Source of the DNA: Macrostomum lignano
Lineage: Eukaryota
Reading direction: 5' to 3'
Assembly: GCA_002269645.1 (NCBI GenBank)
Contig: NIVC01001283.1
Coordinates: forward strand, 256,491 to 320,490
DNA: 64,000 nt
How positions within the stretch are numbered: position 1 is the first letter of the stretch; the number at the start of each line of letters is the position of its first letter. Positions 50,331-63,480 of this stretch are shown piece by piece. The notes under the pieces were generated by a model, which did not search any database, was not told the origin of the DNA, and worked only from the letters and a program-made list of their open reading frames with translations. The position numbers were made by a program, and so were the translations under genes.

Positions 50331-50496
50331 TCCTTGGACTGAACAGCCGTACGCAGCCTTCAGATGCGCCGCGCAATAGCTGCGGCTGAGCTGTCGGTTG
50401 CATATCTGCACATTGGGGCACATGTAATGAAAAATATTCTGAATATCAAAGAATGAAGAGTAAAGGGTCAGACGGAGATTGAGATATTTGAGGAAT

Positions 50497-50882
50497 CACA
50501 CAGAGCTCACAGTTCACAGAGCTCACAGTTCACAGAGCTCACAGTTCACAGAGCTCACAGTTCACAGAGCTCACAGTTCACAGATCTCACAGTTCACAGA
50601 GCTCACAGTTCACAGATCTCACAGTTCACAGATCTCACAGTTCACAGAGCTCACAGTTCACAGATCTCACAGTTCACAGATCTCACAGTTCACAGAGCTC
50701 ACAGTTCACAGATCTCACAGTTCACAGAGCTCACAGTTCACAGATCTCACAGTTCACAGAGCTCACAGAGCTCACAGTTCACAGAGCTCACAGTTCACAG
50801 AGCTCACAGAGCTCACAGTTCACAGATCTCACAGTTCACAGAGCTCACAGTTCACAGATCTCACAGTTCACAGAGCTCACAG
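50497..50882. repeat. 16 bp minisatellite GA(G)CTCACAGTTCACA
   Basis: More than 20 tandem units alternating GAGCTC and AGATCT variants. Confidence 0.95.
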
Positions 50883-51538
50883 TATCGTGTCCATATAAAC
50901 GCACAGTAGAACTCTCAACTCAGGGAGTGAAAGTGAACTGGGCTTCGCGGCTCAAAAACAATGCTTAAAACTTGGTCAAAACTCTCCAATACTGTCAGCT
51001 GCTACTGCAGTGGGCGGAGCTGGCCGAAAATGTGTCCCCTTATCCCCTAATGGTAAATAATTCAATGGGAGCTTGCTTCATTGATTTGCTCACCCTCTGT
51101 CTCTCACTCTATTCCTCTCTGAAGTGGCGATTTATTGTCGCTATTGGCGCTTAGTTGGCGCCGTAGAACTGCCTGCCTGACGAGTTCTGTGCAGACACGT
51201 TCGTAGGCGTCCTTGCCTATTTGCTATATACAGATATAGTTGGTAGCATAGAGTTTTATGTGTTGCTAAGCTAGACCGCCGATTACGTAATAATATTAGT
51301 GAATTGCACAATGCAGCTCAAGTATATGGTCCGGTCTAATTGTCTGTGTGTTTTTTTCTTTTTACCAATTCATTTCTGCAAGTCTGAATTGAGTCGCTTT
51401 CTGTAAACTTGGACAATTTTAATTATCTCAGCAATGCATTTGGCATGCTTAAGTAGCGATATATTTCTTGGCATGTGGCTAATATTATTTGATAATATTA
51501 CTCATAAACTTTTTCCGAATTCGTCCGAATAAGCAGAC

Positions 51539-52045
51539 CAAAGAGTATTGAGGTCGCCTATAGTATAGAGTGCCAATAAGGATGAAAATCTGAGGCCGAT
51601 TTTTAGAATCCACCCACCCCTCCGGTCACCAAGCTTTTTAGTCTATGGCACAAGTTGTGGCTAGAATGGTGTACAAAGCCGATGCTCAGAAATATAAGAC
51701 ATTTCACACTTAGAAAATGCATGTATCAAATAAGCAAGACAACATCGCTCAGTCACCAGACTCAGTTGCCGTCGTCGATACACAACTCCGTAACAGCCAT
51801 GCCATATAGCCCTTACGTCTGAACAACAACAGCCATGCCACTAAAGTCCAGCTACATTAGCTACTTGTATTTTTCTCATGCACTCTATGCATATTTCTGA
51901 GCATCGGCTTGTACACCATTCTAGCCACAACTTGTGCCATAGACTAAAAAGCTTGGTGACCGGAGGGGGTGGGTGGATTCTAAAAATCGGCTTCAGATTT
52001 TCATCCTTTTTGGCACTCTATACTAGGCGACCTCAATACTCTTTG
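51539..52045. mobile_element. P-family MITE (507 bp)
   Basis: ~155 bp TIRs CAAAGAGTATTGAGGTCGCC; 8 bp TSD AAGCAGAC (51531-51538, 52046-52053). Confidence 0.92.
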
Positions 52046-52650
52046 AAGCAGACGTTTTCCTGTCCTCAATTTCGCTGCATTTAATGCCTATTAATATATA
52101 TACATATATATATCATTCTTCAAGCCAAGAGCCCGCATCGGTGCCAGTGTTGGGCTGCTAAGGCCAAATAGACAAAGCAGCGCGTGCTGGCTGCGAGCCA
52201 GCGAATCTAAGGCCGGGGGGGGGAGAGAAGGGGAGAGAGTGAGGAGAGAGCGGGGGCAGTCAGTCGGGTGTGAGGAAGGAGAAGAGAAACAGGCCATCCG
52301 CTGCATTTCTATTTCTAGGAAAGCCTACACGGCCTCTACGGTTTTCAATGCAGCAAAACTTCCCCCGTGGCTTCCCACGCTCCCTTCTGCAGCTCTCCGC
52401 CTGAGCAGCCAGCTTCTGCATTGAGTAGGAACACCAGACCAGGGAGAGTTGCTTCTCTGACGCACCTGGCAATTACGCAACAATCGGTGGAACACAAGCA
52501 GCTCGAGTAAGGAGAGGCAATTCCGCCAGAGCAAACAGCACTATTTGCTCCTGCTACTGCCTGCCGCTGCTCAGAGCGTTCGCCAGGCTGGATTCCTGAC
52601 TCACCCCCGGGCGTTGGCACACGCAGCCAGGCTGACAGCTGCACCGCATC

Positions 52651-53199
52651 ATGCTGAAGTGGGCCAGCGGCAGCTCACCCGCTCCAGCTGGCCAGGCAGG
52701 CAGCCAAGCCTGCCCCGATCAGGTCGGCCTCGAGCACCCACCGGCTTCGAATACCTCGGAGCAAAGCACAACTCCTGCCGCTGCCGCCTCGGCCTCGTCG
52801 CCAGCCGTGTCTCTTTGCCGGTTCGGTCGCGGGCTTCGTCTGGCGTCGCTCTTCAACTCGACGGCTCAGTCGAGTCGCTGCGGCAGCAACAGCGGCGGCG
52901 GAGGCGGCGGCGGCGGGTCTCTGACGGAGCTCGCCTCAGTGGTGTCGGCCGCCACCACGACTGACAGCGGCGCCGTTGTGGAAGCGGCCTCGTCAATTTC
53001 GTCGAAATCTTCCAAGTCGTCATCAAAATCGTCGAATTCTACGAAATCGTCAAAGTCTTCGACGAGCTCGTCGCCGTCGTCATCGTCAGCTTCGTCCGCT
53101 GCTTTGTCGAAGTTCAAGCTTGTTGGCAGACGGTTGCAGCAGCAAAAGCACAGCCGGTCTCGCAGCGTTGACCGGTGCTCTCTGACTGCCAGCTCTCCG
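52651..53199 (+). CDS. Probable first coding exon (Ser-rich, low complexity), possibly of the TTC28-like gene
   Basis: GC-rich open frame from ATG 52651; strong donor GTGAGT at 53200; linkage to the downstream exons is unproven. Confidence 0.45.
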
Positions 53200-53254
53200 G
53201 TGAGTCTCAGGAAACAGACTTTGTCAGCATCTGATGAAGAATAGATGCCATTAC

Positions 53255-53945
53255 AGTGTGTCTACCATTCCTTTGTTGTGTCTACCATTCCTTTGTTGTG
53301 TCTACCATTCCTTTGTTGTGTCTACCATTACAGAGCGTGTGTCTGTGTCTCCCCACTGGAGTGTCTGTGTCTCCCCACTAGGGTGTCGGTGTCTCCCCAC
53401 TGGAGTGTCTGTGTCTCCCCACTAGGGTGTCTGTGTCTCCCCACTGGAGTGTCTGTGTCTCCCACTGGAGTGTCTGTGTCTCCCCAATGGAGTGTCTGTG
53501 TCTCCCCACTGGAGTGTCTGTGTCTCCCCAATGGAGTGTCTGTGTCTCCCCACTGGAGTGTCTGTGTCTCCCCAATGGAGTGTCTGTGTCTCCCCACTGG
53601 AGTGTCTGTGTCTCCCCAATGGAGTGTCTGTGTCTCCCCACTGGAGTGTCTGTGTCTCCCACTGGGGTGTCTGTGTCTCCCCACTGGAGTGTCTGTGTCT
53701 CCCCACTGGAGTGTCTGTGTCTCCCCAATGGAGTATCTGTGTCTCCCTACTCGAGTTCTGCTGTTACATGTGCGTTCAATAACCCATAGATGAATCTGTC
53801 ATATCCGATAGATGAGTCTATCATATCCGATAGATGAGTCTATCATATCCCATAGATGAGTCTGCCATATCCCATAGATGAGTCTGCCATATCCCATAGA
53901 TGAGTCTGCCATATCCCTTAGATGAGTCTGCCATATCCCTTAGAT
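53255..53945. repeat. Three adjacent ~21 bp minisatellites
   Basis: GTGTCTACCATTCCTTTGTT; GGAGTGTCTGTGTCTCCCCA(C/A)T; ATAGATGAGTCTGCCATATCCC units. Confidence 0.95.
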
Positions 53946-54376
53946 GTTTGAAACACCACACTGACAGCAGCTTACAAGAGTGAATTATTGTAATATAAGA
54001 ACTATTCACCATACGAGCAGTGACCTCGACTGACTCTGGGAGAGCTGCACAACTGTCTTTAGTATTTCTGCACAAGCAAATCAACTTCAGCATGGCCTGC
54101 TGCTGCCTTCCCTTGCACCCCACGGCGAAACTCAACAGAACTTCTTTTGTTTCTTTTGTGCGCGAGAAAGAGAAGGAGAAGAGAGAGACGAGGCAGTTAA
54201 CGATTGAGAAGCTGAAAGACAGGGAAAAAACCGAACAAATAGACGACGGGAGTTTTAAACAGCTCCTAGCAGAAGGAAAATGTCATCAGGGCCGAAGCCA
54301 CCTCTGCCGCCAGGACAAAGCGGTCGGCTGCTGCTGGCTTTAAGTTCCCCTTTTCTTCAAATTTTTACTAGTAGCG

Positions 54377-55695
54377 TTACCCTCTCTCCCTAGAGCCCCT
54401 ACCCTCTCTCCCTAGAGCCCCTACCCTCTCTCCCTAGAGCCCCTACCCTCTCTCCCTAGAGCCCTACCCTCTCTCCCTAGAGGCCCTACCCTCTCTCCCT
54501 AGAGCCCTACCCTCTCTCCCTAGAGCCCCTGCTCTCTCTCCCTATAGCCCCTACCCTCTCTCCCTAGAGCCCCTGCTCTCTCTCCCTATAGCCCCTACCC
54601 TCTCTCCCTAGAGCCCCTACCCTCTCTCCCTAGAGCCCTACCCTCTCTCCCTAGAGCCCCTACCCTCTCTCCCTAGAGCCCCTACCCTCTCTCCCTAGAG
54701 CCCTACCCTCTCTCCCTAGAGGCCCTACCCTCTCTCCCTAGAGCCCTACCCTCTCTCCCTAGAGCCCCTGCTCTCTCTCCCTATAGCCCCTACCCTCTCT
54801 CCCTAGAGCCCCTACCCTCTCTCCCTATAGCCCCTACCCTCTCTCCCTAGAGCCCCTACCCTCTCTCCCTAGAGCCCTACCCTCTCTCCCTAGAGCCCTA
54901 CCCTCTCTCCCTAGAGCCCCTGCTCTCTCTCCCTATAGCCCCTACCCTCTCTCCCTAGAGCCCCTACCCTCTCTCCCTAGAGCCCCTACCCTCTCTCCCT
55001 AGAGCCCCTACCCTCTCTCCCTAGAGCCCCTACCCTCTCTCCCTAGAGCCCCTACCCTCTCTCCCTATAGCCTCTACTCTCTTTCCCTAGAGCCCCTACC
55101 CTCTTTCCCTAGAGCCCCTACCCTCTCTCCCTATAGCCCCTGCTCTCTCTCCCTATAGCCTCTACTCTATTTCCCTAGAGCCCCTACCCTCTTTCCCTAG
55201 AGCCCATACCCTCTTTCCCTAGAGCCCCTACCCTCTCTCCCTATAGCCCCTGCTCTCTCTCCCTATAGCCTCTACTCTATTTCCCTAGAGCCCCTACCCT
55301 CTTTCCCTAGAGCCCCTACCCTCTCTCCCTAGAGCCCCTACCCTCTCTCCCTAGAGCCCTACCCTCTCTCCCTAGAGCCCTACCCTCTCTGCCTAGAGCC
55401 TTACCCTCTCTCCCTAGAGCCCCTACCCTCTCTGCCTAGAGCCCTACCCTCTCTCCCTAGAGCCCCTACCCTCTTTCCCTAGAGCCCTACCCTCTTTCCC
55501 TAGAGCCCCTACCCTCTCTGCCTAGAGCCCTACCCTCTCTCCCTAGAGCCCCTACCCTCTTTCCCTAGAGCCCTACCCTCTCTCCCTAGAGCCCTACCCT
55601 CTCTCCCTAGAGCCCCTACCCTCTCTCCCTAGAGCCCTACCCTCTCTCCCTAGAGCCCTACCCTCTCTCCCTAGAGCCCTACCCTCTTTCCATAA
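54377..55695. repeat. 21-22 bp minisatellite CTAGAGCCCCTACCCTCTCTCC
   Basis: About 60 tandem units. Confidence 0.97.
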
Positions 55696-56214
55696 AGCCT
55701 TGCGCTAAAATGGGCAACTCCCGTAACTACAGCTTTACCCCAGCTAACTCACTCGGCATGTCAACTACAATTAAGTTAAATGACAGTGTGCAGATGATCA
55801 CGGAAACCATTTATTATACATTAATCAAAGATTAGTTTACACACTGATTGGCACAATACAGACAGAATATAAAATAGGGCTTGGCGCACTGGTGACTAAT
55901 AATAATATTAATTAGGTGTACTGCTATACAGTAGCAATTAGAGAATAGTGACAGAAGTCAATCTGGCGAACCCGGGAACCCCGCTGAGAGTCCTTCAATT
56001 ACTGCAGCTGATTCAGCAGTGGCTGCTGGCCCTGCAGTCCCCGACATGCACGGGTACTGATGCAAGTGTTTCCATTCATTTCTTGTCCTCTTGTTGTCTG
56101 CCCCTGGTCCCGTCTTCTATTCGCCTTTCTCTCCTGTATATCTCCTCAGGTCTCTCTCACCCCTGCATCTCCCTCTCCTCATCCGTAAGCCTCTTCTTTC
56201 CTCTCTCCTCCCTC

Positions 56215-57020
56215 TACCTCTCCTCTCCACTCACTACCTCTCCTCTCCACTCACTACCTCTCCTCTCCACTCACTACCTCTCCTCTCCACTCACTACCTC
56301 TCCTCTCCACTCACTACCTCTCCTCTCCACTCACTACCTCTCCTCTCCACTCACTACCTCTCCTCTCCACTCACTACCTCTCCTCTCCACTCACTACCTC
56401 TCCTCTCCACTCACTACCTCTCCTCTCCACTCACTACCTCTCCTCTCCACTCACTACCTCTCCTCTCCACTCACTACCTCTCCTCTCCACTCACTACCTC
56501 TCCTCTCCACTCACTACCTCTCCTCTCCACTAACTACCTCTCCTCTCTTCTCCCACTGCCTCTGCTCTCCACTCACTACCTCTCCTCTCCACTCACTACC
56601 TCTCCTCTCCACTCACTACCTCTCCTCTCCACTCACTACCTCTCCTCTCCACTAACTACCTCTCCTCTCTTCTCCCACTGCCTCTGCTCTCCACTCACTA
56701 CCTCTCCTCTCCACTCACTACCTCTCCTCTCCACTCACTACCTCTGCTCCCCACTCACTAACTCTCCTCTCCACTCACTACCTCTCCTCTCCACTCACTA
56801 CCTCTCCTCTCCACTCACTACCTCTCCTCTCCACTCAATACCTCTCCTCTCCACTCACTACCTCTCCTCTCCACTCAATACCTCTGTCTCCACTCACTAC
56901 CTCTCCTCTCCACTCACTACCTCTCCTCTCCACTCACTACCTCTCCTCTCCACTCAATACCTCTCCTCTCCACTCAATACCTCTCCTCTCCACTCACTAC
57001 CTCTCCTCTCTTCTCCCACT
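56215..57020. repeat. 20 bp minisatellite CTCTCCACTCACTACCTCTC
   Basis: About 40 tandem units. Confidence 0.97.
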
Positions 57021-57511
57021 ACCAAAAAATTAAAAAAACTATTATTTCCTAGCAATTAATATATGCATCATAAGTCAGGGGAGACACCCTATTTAATAAA
57101 GCTGGCGTTGACTTGATCTCTGAAATGAAACCAAGCCCAATTAGCATAGGGCCAGCGGACAGACAAAGACACGCAGCGCGCAGCTACGAGCTACTTCGTA
57201 CTATCAGAATATCGCGTTTCTCGATTCTTTTTCGAGACGGCTTTTCAATTCCCAGTCACGCTTCAAGCGCGAAGATCGGGTTGCTGAGGAAGCCGGAATG
57301 GCAACCCGACACTCAACTTGAATGGCAATCGGCATTTTCAGCTTGCATTTGGATATATCATTTAACAATCGTGTAGCACACAAAAAAATGGATATAGAAA
57401 ACACAAAAGAGCCTCAGAATTTATTCCCTCCGCGATAAACGTACAGTAATTAATAAGGAAAGTTTCATGCGACACAGCGGATCCATAAGAGTTACATTTA
57501 CTCTTCATCAG

Positions 57512-57653
57512 GGCCTTCCATCGACCAGCGGCCAGTCCATGGCCCAGTTCGCGGACACTGCTGCCGCCATCTGCCTCAGCCTCGGCCAGAACTCCGACGA
57601 TGCGAGCCGACTTTGCGACCTGATCGACTGCGCCATGGAGTCACCTATCGGAG
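57512..57653 (+). CDS. TTC28: TTC28-like exon
   Basis: AG/GT bounded; ..DLIDCAMESPIG splices in phase to DQFRATRAQLSQL, matching my recollection of TTC28 EAAMKSPMRD. Confidence 0.65.
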
Positions 57654-57659
57654 GTGCGT

Positions 57660-58390
<731 letters not shown>

Positions 58391-58409
58391 TAACTCGGTA
58401 AACTTGCAG

Positions 58410-58694
58410 ACCAGTTCAGAGCCACTCGAGCCCAGCTCAGCCAGCTGTCTATGGCCGAGAGTCCGTTCGTCATCACCGCCGCTATCGGCCAGGAGCTGGA
58501 GAGTCGCGGGCTGCACAAGCAGGCGGCGACGTGTCTGGAGAGCGCGCTGCGCCTGCCGACGGGCGGCGGGGCGGACTTCGGCAGGCTGAGGGCTTCGGTG
58601 ATCAGCGCGCTGAGCAAGGCGCACTGGCTGCTGGGGAATCTCGACAGGGCGGTTTGCCTCATGCAGCAGGACCTGGCCACGGCTGAGAAACTTG
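58410..58694 (+). CDS. TTC28: TTC28-like TPR protein exon
   Basis: SPFVITAAIGQEL..LESAL..LRASVISALSKAHWLLGNLDRAVCLMQQDLATAEKLG resembles TTC28 (SPFVVVSVVGQEL..LRGSVFSALSSAYW..MQQDL); AG/GT bounded. Confidence 0.82.
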
Positions 58695-59279
58695 GTCAGT
58701 TAACGATTCGATTTCAATTATTTTGTGATTTAATGAGTGCATGAGTGCTTTAGCTCAGTTCATGGATTCATGAGGTAGAGTTGTAAATCTGTCTGTCTAA
58801 CTTTGAGTCGTAAATCTTTTTTGTTTCTGGGAGACTGAAAATTGAATTAAAAATTCAAGCTAGGTAGAACAAGTCCCTGAAAGCTCAGCTCCCAGCTCCA
58901 AGGATGAGCTGACAGAGGTCACTGTCAAGGTGATACCTCAGTACTCCATTCTATTCATGTTTTATTATTTCTAACCAAACCCACTGCTTTGTGCGTCTCT
59001 CAGCTGCGCTTGTAAACGGATCAACTTCAAATGGGGTCTGAATTTCCAGATTAAAAATTAACAAGGGTGATGTGCTTCTTACTCTTAGCCGACAGGAAGT
59101 TCAGACGTGGTTGAGCTCATCCTTTGATTTGAAATTAGAGTTTGCATGTCTGGCGTTAGTTAACTTTCTTCTGCAGTAAGGGACTCAATCTCCAATAAAC
59201 TTTTTACTGGAGATTTAGGCTCAGGTCAGGAGGCTGCGCCTTTTTCAGTAGGAGAGTTTCGGAGAACAGGAAGAGGTGG

Positions 59280-59780
59280 AGAGAGATGGGGAGAGATGGG
59301 GAGAGATGAGAAGAGATAGGGAGAGATGGGGAGAGATGGGGAGAGATGGGGAGAGATGGGGAGAGATGGGGAAAAATGAGGAGGTGGGGAGAGGTGGGGA
59401 GGGATGGGGAAAAATGGGGAGAGGTGGGGAGAGGTGGGGAGGGATGGGGAAAAATGGGGAGAGGTGGGGAGAGGTGGGGAGGAATGGGGAAAAATTGGGA
59501 GAGGTGGGGAGAGGTGGGGAGGGATGGGGAAAAATTGGGAGAGGTGGGGAGAGGTGGGGAGAGGTGGGGAGGGATGGGGAAAAATTGGGAGAGGTGGGGA
59601 GAGGTGGGGAGGAATGGGAAAAAATGGGGAGAGGTGGGGAGAGGTGGGGAGGAATGGGAAAAAATGGGGAGAGGTGGGAGAGGTGGGAGGAATGGGAAAA
59701 AATGGGGAGAGGTGGGGAGAGGTGGGGAGGGATGGGGAAAAATGGGGAGAGGTGGGGAGAGGTGGGGACAGGTGGGGAGA
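59280..59780. repeat. Purine-rich ~10 bp repeat (GGGGAGAGGT / GGGGAAAAAT)
   Basis: Directly visible. Confidence 0.95.
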
Positions 59781-60393
59781 GAATAATGATGGTAAAAAGA
59801 AAAAAATTGTTTGCTGATAAAAAAACGTCGGGTTATAGCAGCTGGTTATAACCGACTTAAAAGAGTCACCGACAGGTCAGAGGGCAATTAAAAAGTGCGC
59901 AAAAGTGCAAAAAGCACAATAAAATATCTTTCTTCAGCATCTAACGCGAGTTTGACAAAGCGCTACGTGAAATGATTTCCTTATTTTCGTTTCTCTTTCT
60001 TTCGGTGTTGCCGAGGTCAGAGGTGGAGGGAGAAGTTTTGCGCAGACAAATTAAGAATTAATATTCGTGCCCCGGATCCAACTGCGCAGTAACTGGGCTC
60101 TGCTTTTTTTCAAAACTTATCCAAAGCTGCCAGTTCTTGATGCACCTCGTGTTTCGCGCAAATTATCATTCTTTTTAAGTGAGGCGCTGTTTGCAGTCTG
60201 TGGATTGGGTCGCCTGGACGTGTTACGACTTATCTTGCAACTGGGTCACCGCCGTCTGTAGCCAGAGGAAGTGGAATTATTTTTATAGAGAGAAATTTTG
60301 TAGTAAAAAGCAGCGGCCTGGGTTTTATTGGCATTAGCTCTGACTCTTTTCTTGGCACTGCGATATTGCTGAGTCTGTTGTAGATGCTGGTCT

Positions 60394-61172
60394 GAGAGGA
60401 GAGGAGAGGAGAGGAGAGGAGAGGAGAGGAGAGGAGAGGAGAGGAGAGGAGAAGAGAGGAGAGGAGAGGAGAGGAGAGGAGAGGAGAGGAGATGAGAGGA
60501 GAGGTGAGGAGAGGTGAGGAGAGGAGAGGAGAGGAGAGGAGAGGAGAGGAGAGAGAGAGGAGAGGAGAGGTGAGGAGAGGTGAGGAGAGGAGAGGAGAGG
60601 AGAGGAGAGGAGAGGAGGAGAGGAGAGGTGAGGAGAGGTGAGGAGAGGAGAGGAGAGGAGAGGAGAGGAGAGGAGAGGAGAGGAGAGGAGAGAGATGAGA
60701 GGAGAGGAGAGGAGAGGAGAGGAGAGGAGAGGAGAGGAGAGGAGAGGAGATGAGAGGAGATGAGAGGAGAGGAGAGGAGAGGAGAGGAGAGGAGAGGAGA
60801 GGAGAGGAGAGGAGAGGAGAGGAGATGAGAGGAGAGGAGAGGAGAGGAGAGGAGAGGAGAGGAGGGAGAGGAGAGGAGAGGAGAGGAGAGGAGAGGAGAT
60901 GAGAGGAGATGAGAGGAGAGGAGAGGAGAGGAGAGGAGAGGAGAGGAGAGGAGAGGAGAGGAGAGGAGAAGAGAGGAGAGGAGAGGAGAGGAGGAGATGA
61001 GAGGAGAGGTGAGGAGAGGTGAGGAGAGGAGAGGAGAGGAGAGGAGAGGAGAGGAGAGGAGAGGAGAGGTGAGGAGAGGAGAGGAGAGGAGAGGAGAGGA
61101 GAGGAGAGGAGAGGTGAGGAGAGGTGAGGAGAGGAGAGGAGAGGAGAGGAGAGGAGAGGTGAGGAGAGGAGA
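60394..61172. repeat. (GAGGA)n microsatellite
   Basis: Directly visible. Confidence 0.98.
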
Positions 61173-61727
61173 CCAGAGAAAGTAGGGAAAAGTTATTGAG
61201 AGAATGAATAAGACTGAATAGACTGGATATGACAGATAGAATGGACTGTTGCTACCCAATGTCAGACTCGACCAAGCAAAATTGTCAGCCATCATGAGAT
61301 CATGAGCATGTTAAACAAAGGACCCGTTTTTCGGCTCTCCGGCTTCCAAACTAGCTAGCAATATCCACCGGGATCAAGACAGAAAAGTGCTAACTGTATT
61401 AGCTAATCAACTGATTTCCCTGGAGTCACGCATCCCATCAGTGCGCCTGATCTTTTTTGTCGCTTAAAATCCCCATCGTTAAAGCCTCAGAGATCTCCAG
61501 ATAGCGGTTCATAAGACAGATGGAGCCTCTGGATGCAGGGTTCCTTGCACTCGGAGCAACTGGCCAAGCTTCCTTAAAGCACCTGTCAGTCAAAGGTCGC
61601 TTAGGGACTAACTTGCCTTCTTGGAAGCTCCTGGATAATTTTGTCCGCCCATTCTGAACCGAAATAGTTTGTCCCCAGTTTGGGAAATCGGTGATGACAG
61701 CCGGGACTCTCGAGATTTGGGCTAGAG

Positions 61728-62010
<283 letters not shown>

Positions 62011-62738
62011 TGAGTGGTGAAGGCCAGTGCTTCCAACTGGGATAAGCTTTTATCTCTCTGACATTTCCTAGCAATGTATTGCGCAACAGTGCACACTGCA
62101 ATGTAAATATTTTCTCTTCGGGCCAGATTTTATACGACGAGAAAAAGATGGCTGGATGCCAAACGCACAAATGCATGGCAACTGGAACGGGACGGAAACT
62201 TCTGCAACTATAAAACCCCTTTTATCTCTGATGCATTTCTGGATAATGCAGAATTCTGCCTATGTTGCCATGGGAGACAAGGATTTATCACCCTCTCGAG
62301 GCTCCAGGGCAGCTATGCCGCAAGAGACCCAGCCTGACAGGAATTTCATGCTCGCTAGTTGAATGCCCAGACTAGAATTATAAAGCTGTCGATCAATTTA
62401 AAATTGCATTGAAATCTTGAAGGTGACAAGTAACCCAGAACTGCTGCATGTTAGCGGCGGTATTCCAGAGTTGTTAATTCTATTATTCACTGAGGCTCAT
62501 AAATCACTCTGATCTGTGCATGCATGAGTCATGCAGCTCAACTGGGCATGGCAAATCCCAAATTTCACTTTGAAAAGGGGAAAAGCTGCCTCAAGGCATT
62601 CTCAACCTAGTCTAGACTTGTACTCTAAACAGACACCAAGACAGAAATTAGGACAGATTGGACAGACACTAGGACAGACACTAGGACAGACACTAGGACA
62701 GACACTAGGACAGACAGGCCTCTCAATCAACCCCGCAG

Positions 62739-63224
62739 GTGACGAGGCCGGCCAGTGCCGAGCGCACGGCAATTTGGGCGCGGCGCGCCTCCTTCAGGGC
62801 GACCGGTCGGCGGCGATGCGCCACGAGCGGCAGCGGCTCCGTCTGGCCGCTGGTCTCGGCCTGGACGAAACGGTGGCGAAGGCGCTTTCGAGCCTCGGCC
62901 ACCTGTACGCCGCGGCCGGCGACCCGGCTGGCGCGCTGGCCAGCCACCGTCGATGTGCCGATATTTGGCGCGGCGCTGGGCGGCGTTGGCGCAGGCGGCG
63001 GAGCTCGGCAGCATCGGCTGCCTACACCGGCAGCTCGGCAGGCCGGCCGAGGCGGCCAGCTGGCACCGGAGCAGCTGCGGCTGGCCGAGGCTGCCGGCAG
63101 CCGCCGGGGAGCGGGCGCGGGCGCTGATCAACCTGGGTGAGGACGCGATGGCGGCCGGCCAGCCGGACGAAGCGGCCGAGCATCTGGCCGAGGCTCTTGC
63201 CGCTGCCGAGGCTGCTGATGGAAG
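62739..63224 (+). CDS. TTC28: TTC28-like TPR exon with apparent frameshifts
   Basis: GDEAGQCRAHGNLG..ALSSLGHLYAAAGDPAGALASHRRC, then TPR continuations AELGSIGCLH and ERARALINLG in other frames; AG/GT bounded. Confidence 0.8.
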
Positions 63225-63239
63225 GTGAATGTCAGCGGC

Positions 63240-63430
63240 GGGTGGATGATCTTAGGGGCGGATTTAGGATTTTATTAGGGGCGGATTTTAGGATCTTAGG
63301 GGGCGGATTTAGGATCTTAGGAGCGGATTTAGGATATTATTAGGGCGGATTTAGGATCTTAGGGCGGATTTAGGATCTTGGGGGGCGGATTTAGGGTCTT
63401 AAGGGCGGATGTAGGATCTTAGGGGGCGGA
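63240..63430. repeat. ~20 bp intronic minisatellite GGGGCGGATTTAGGATCTTA
   Basis: About 9 units. Confidence 0.9.
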
Positions 63431-63480
63431 AAATTGTAATTGAATCTTTTAACTTCTCTCGCATTCGAAAATTCTACCAG

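Noticed and set aside
50497-50882. CRISPR-like array (also 42478-42555 and 53255-55695)
   Set aside because: Tandem units without unique spacers, no cas genes, eukaryotic context.
3181-51945. GTCTATGG copies as paired P-element termini (CATAGAC...GTCTATG)
   Set aside because: No left/right pair shared a 7-8 bp direct repeat on inspection, and many copies are internal to TIRs or LTRs. Not fully excluded for old copies.
55955-56049. Additional exon of the host gene
   Set aside because: It is GC-rich and AG/GT bounded, but phase 0 hits a stop and no family similarity is visible.
57470-57515. Second hammerhead on the minus strand (CTGATGA-AGAGT..ACTCT)
   Set aside because: The GAAA box is missing, and the site overlaps a splice acceptor.
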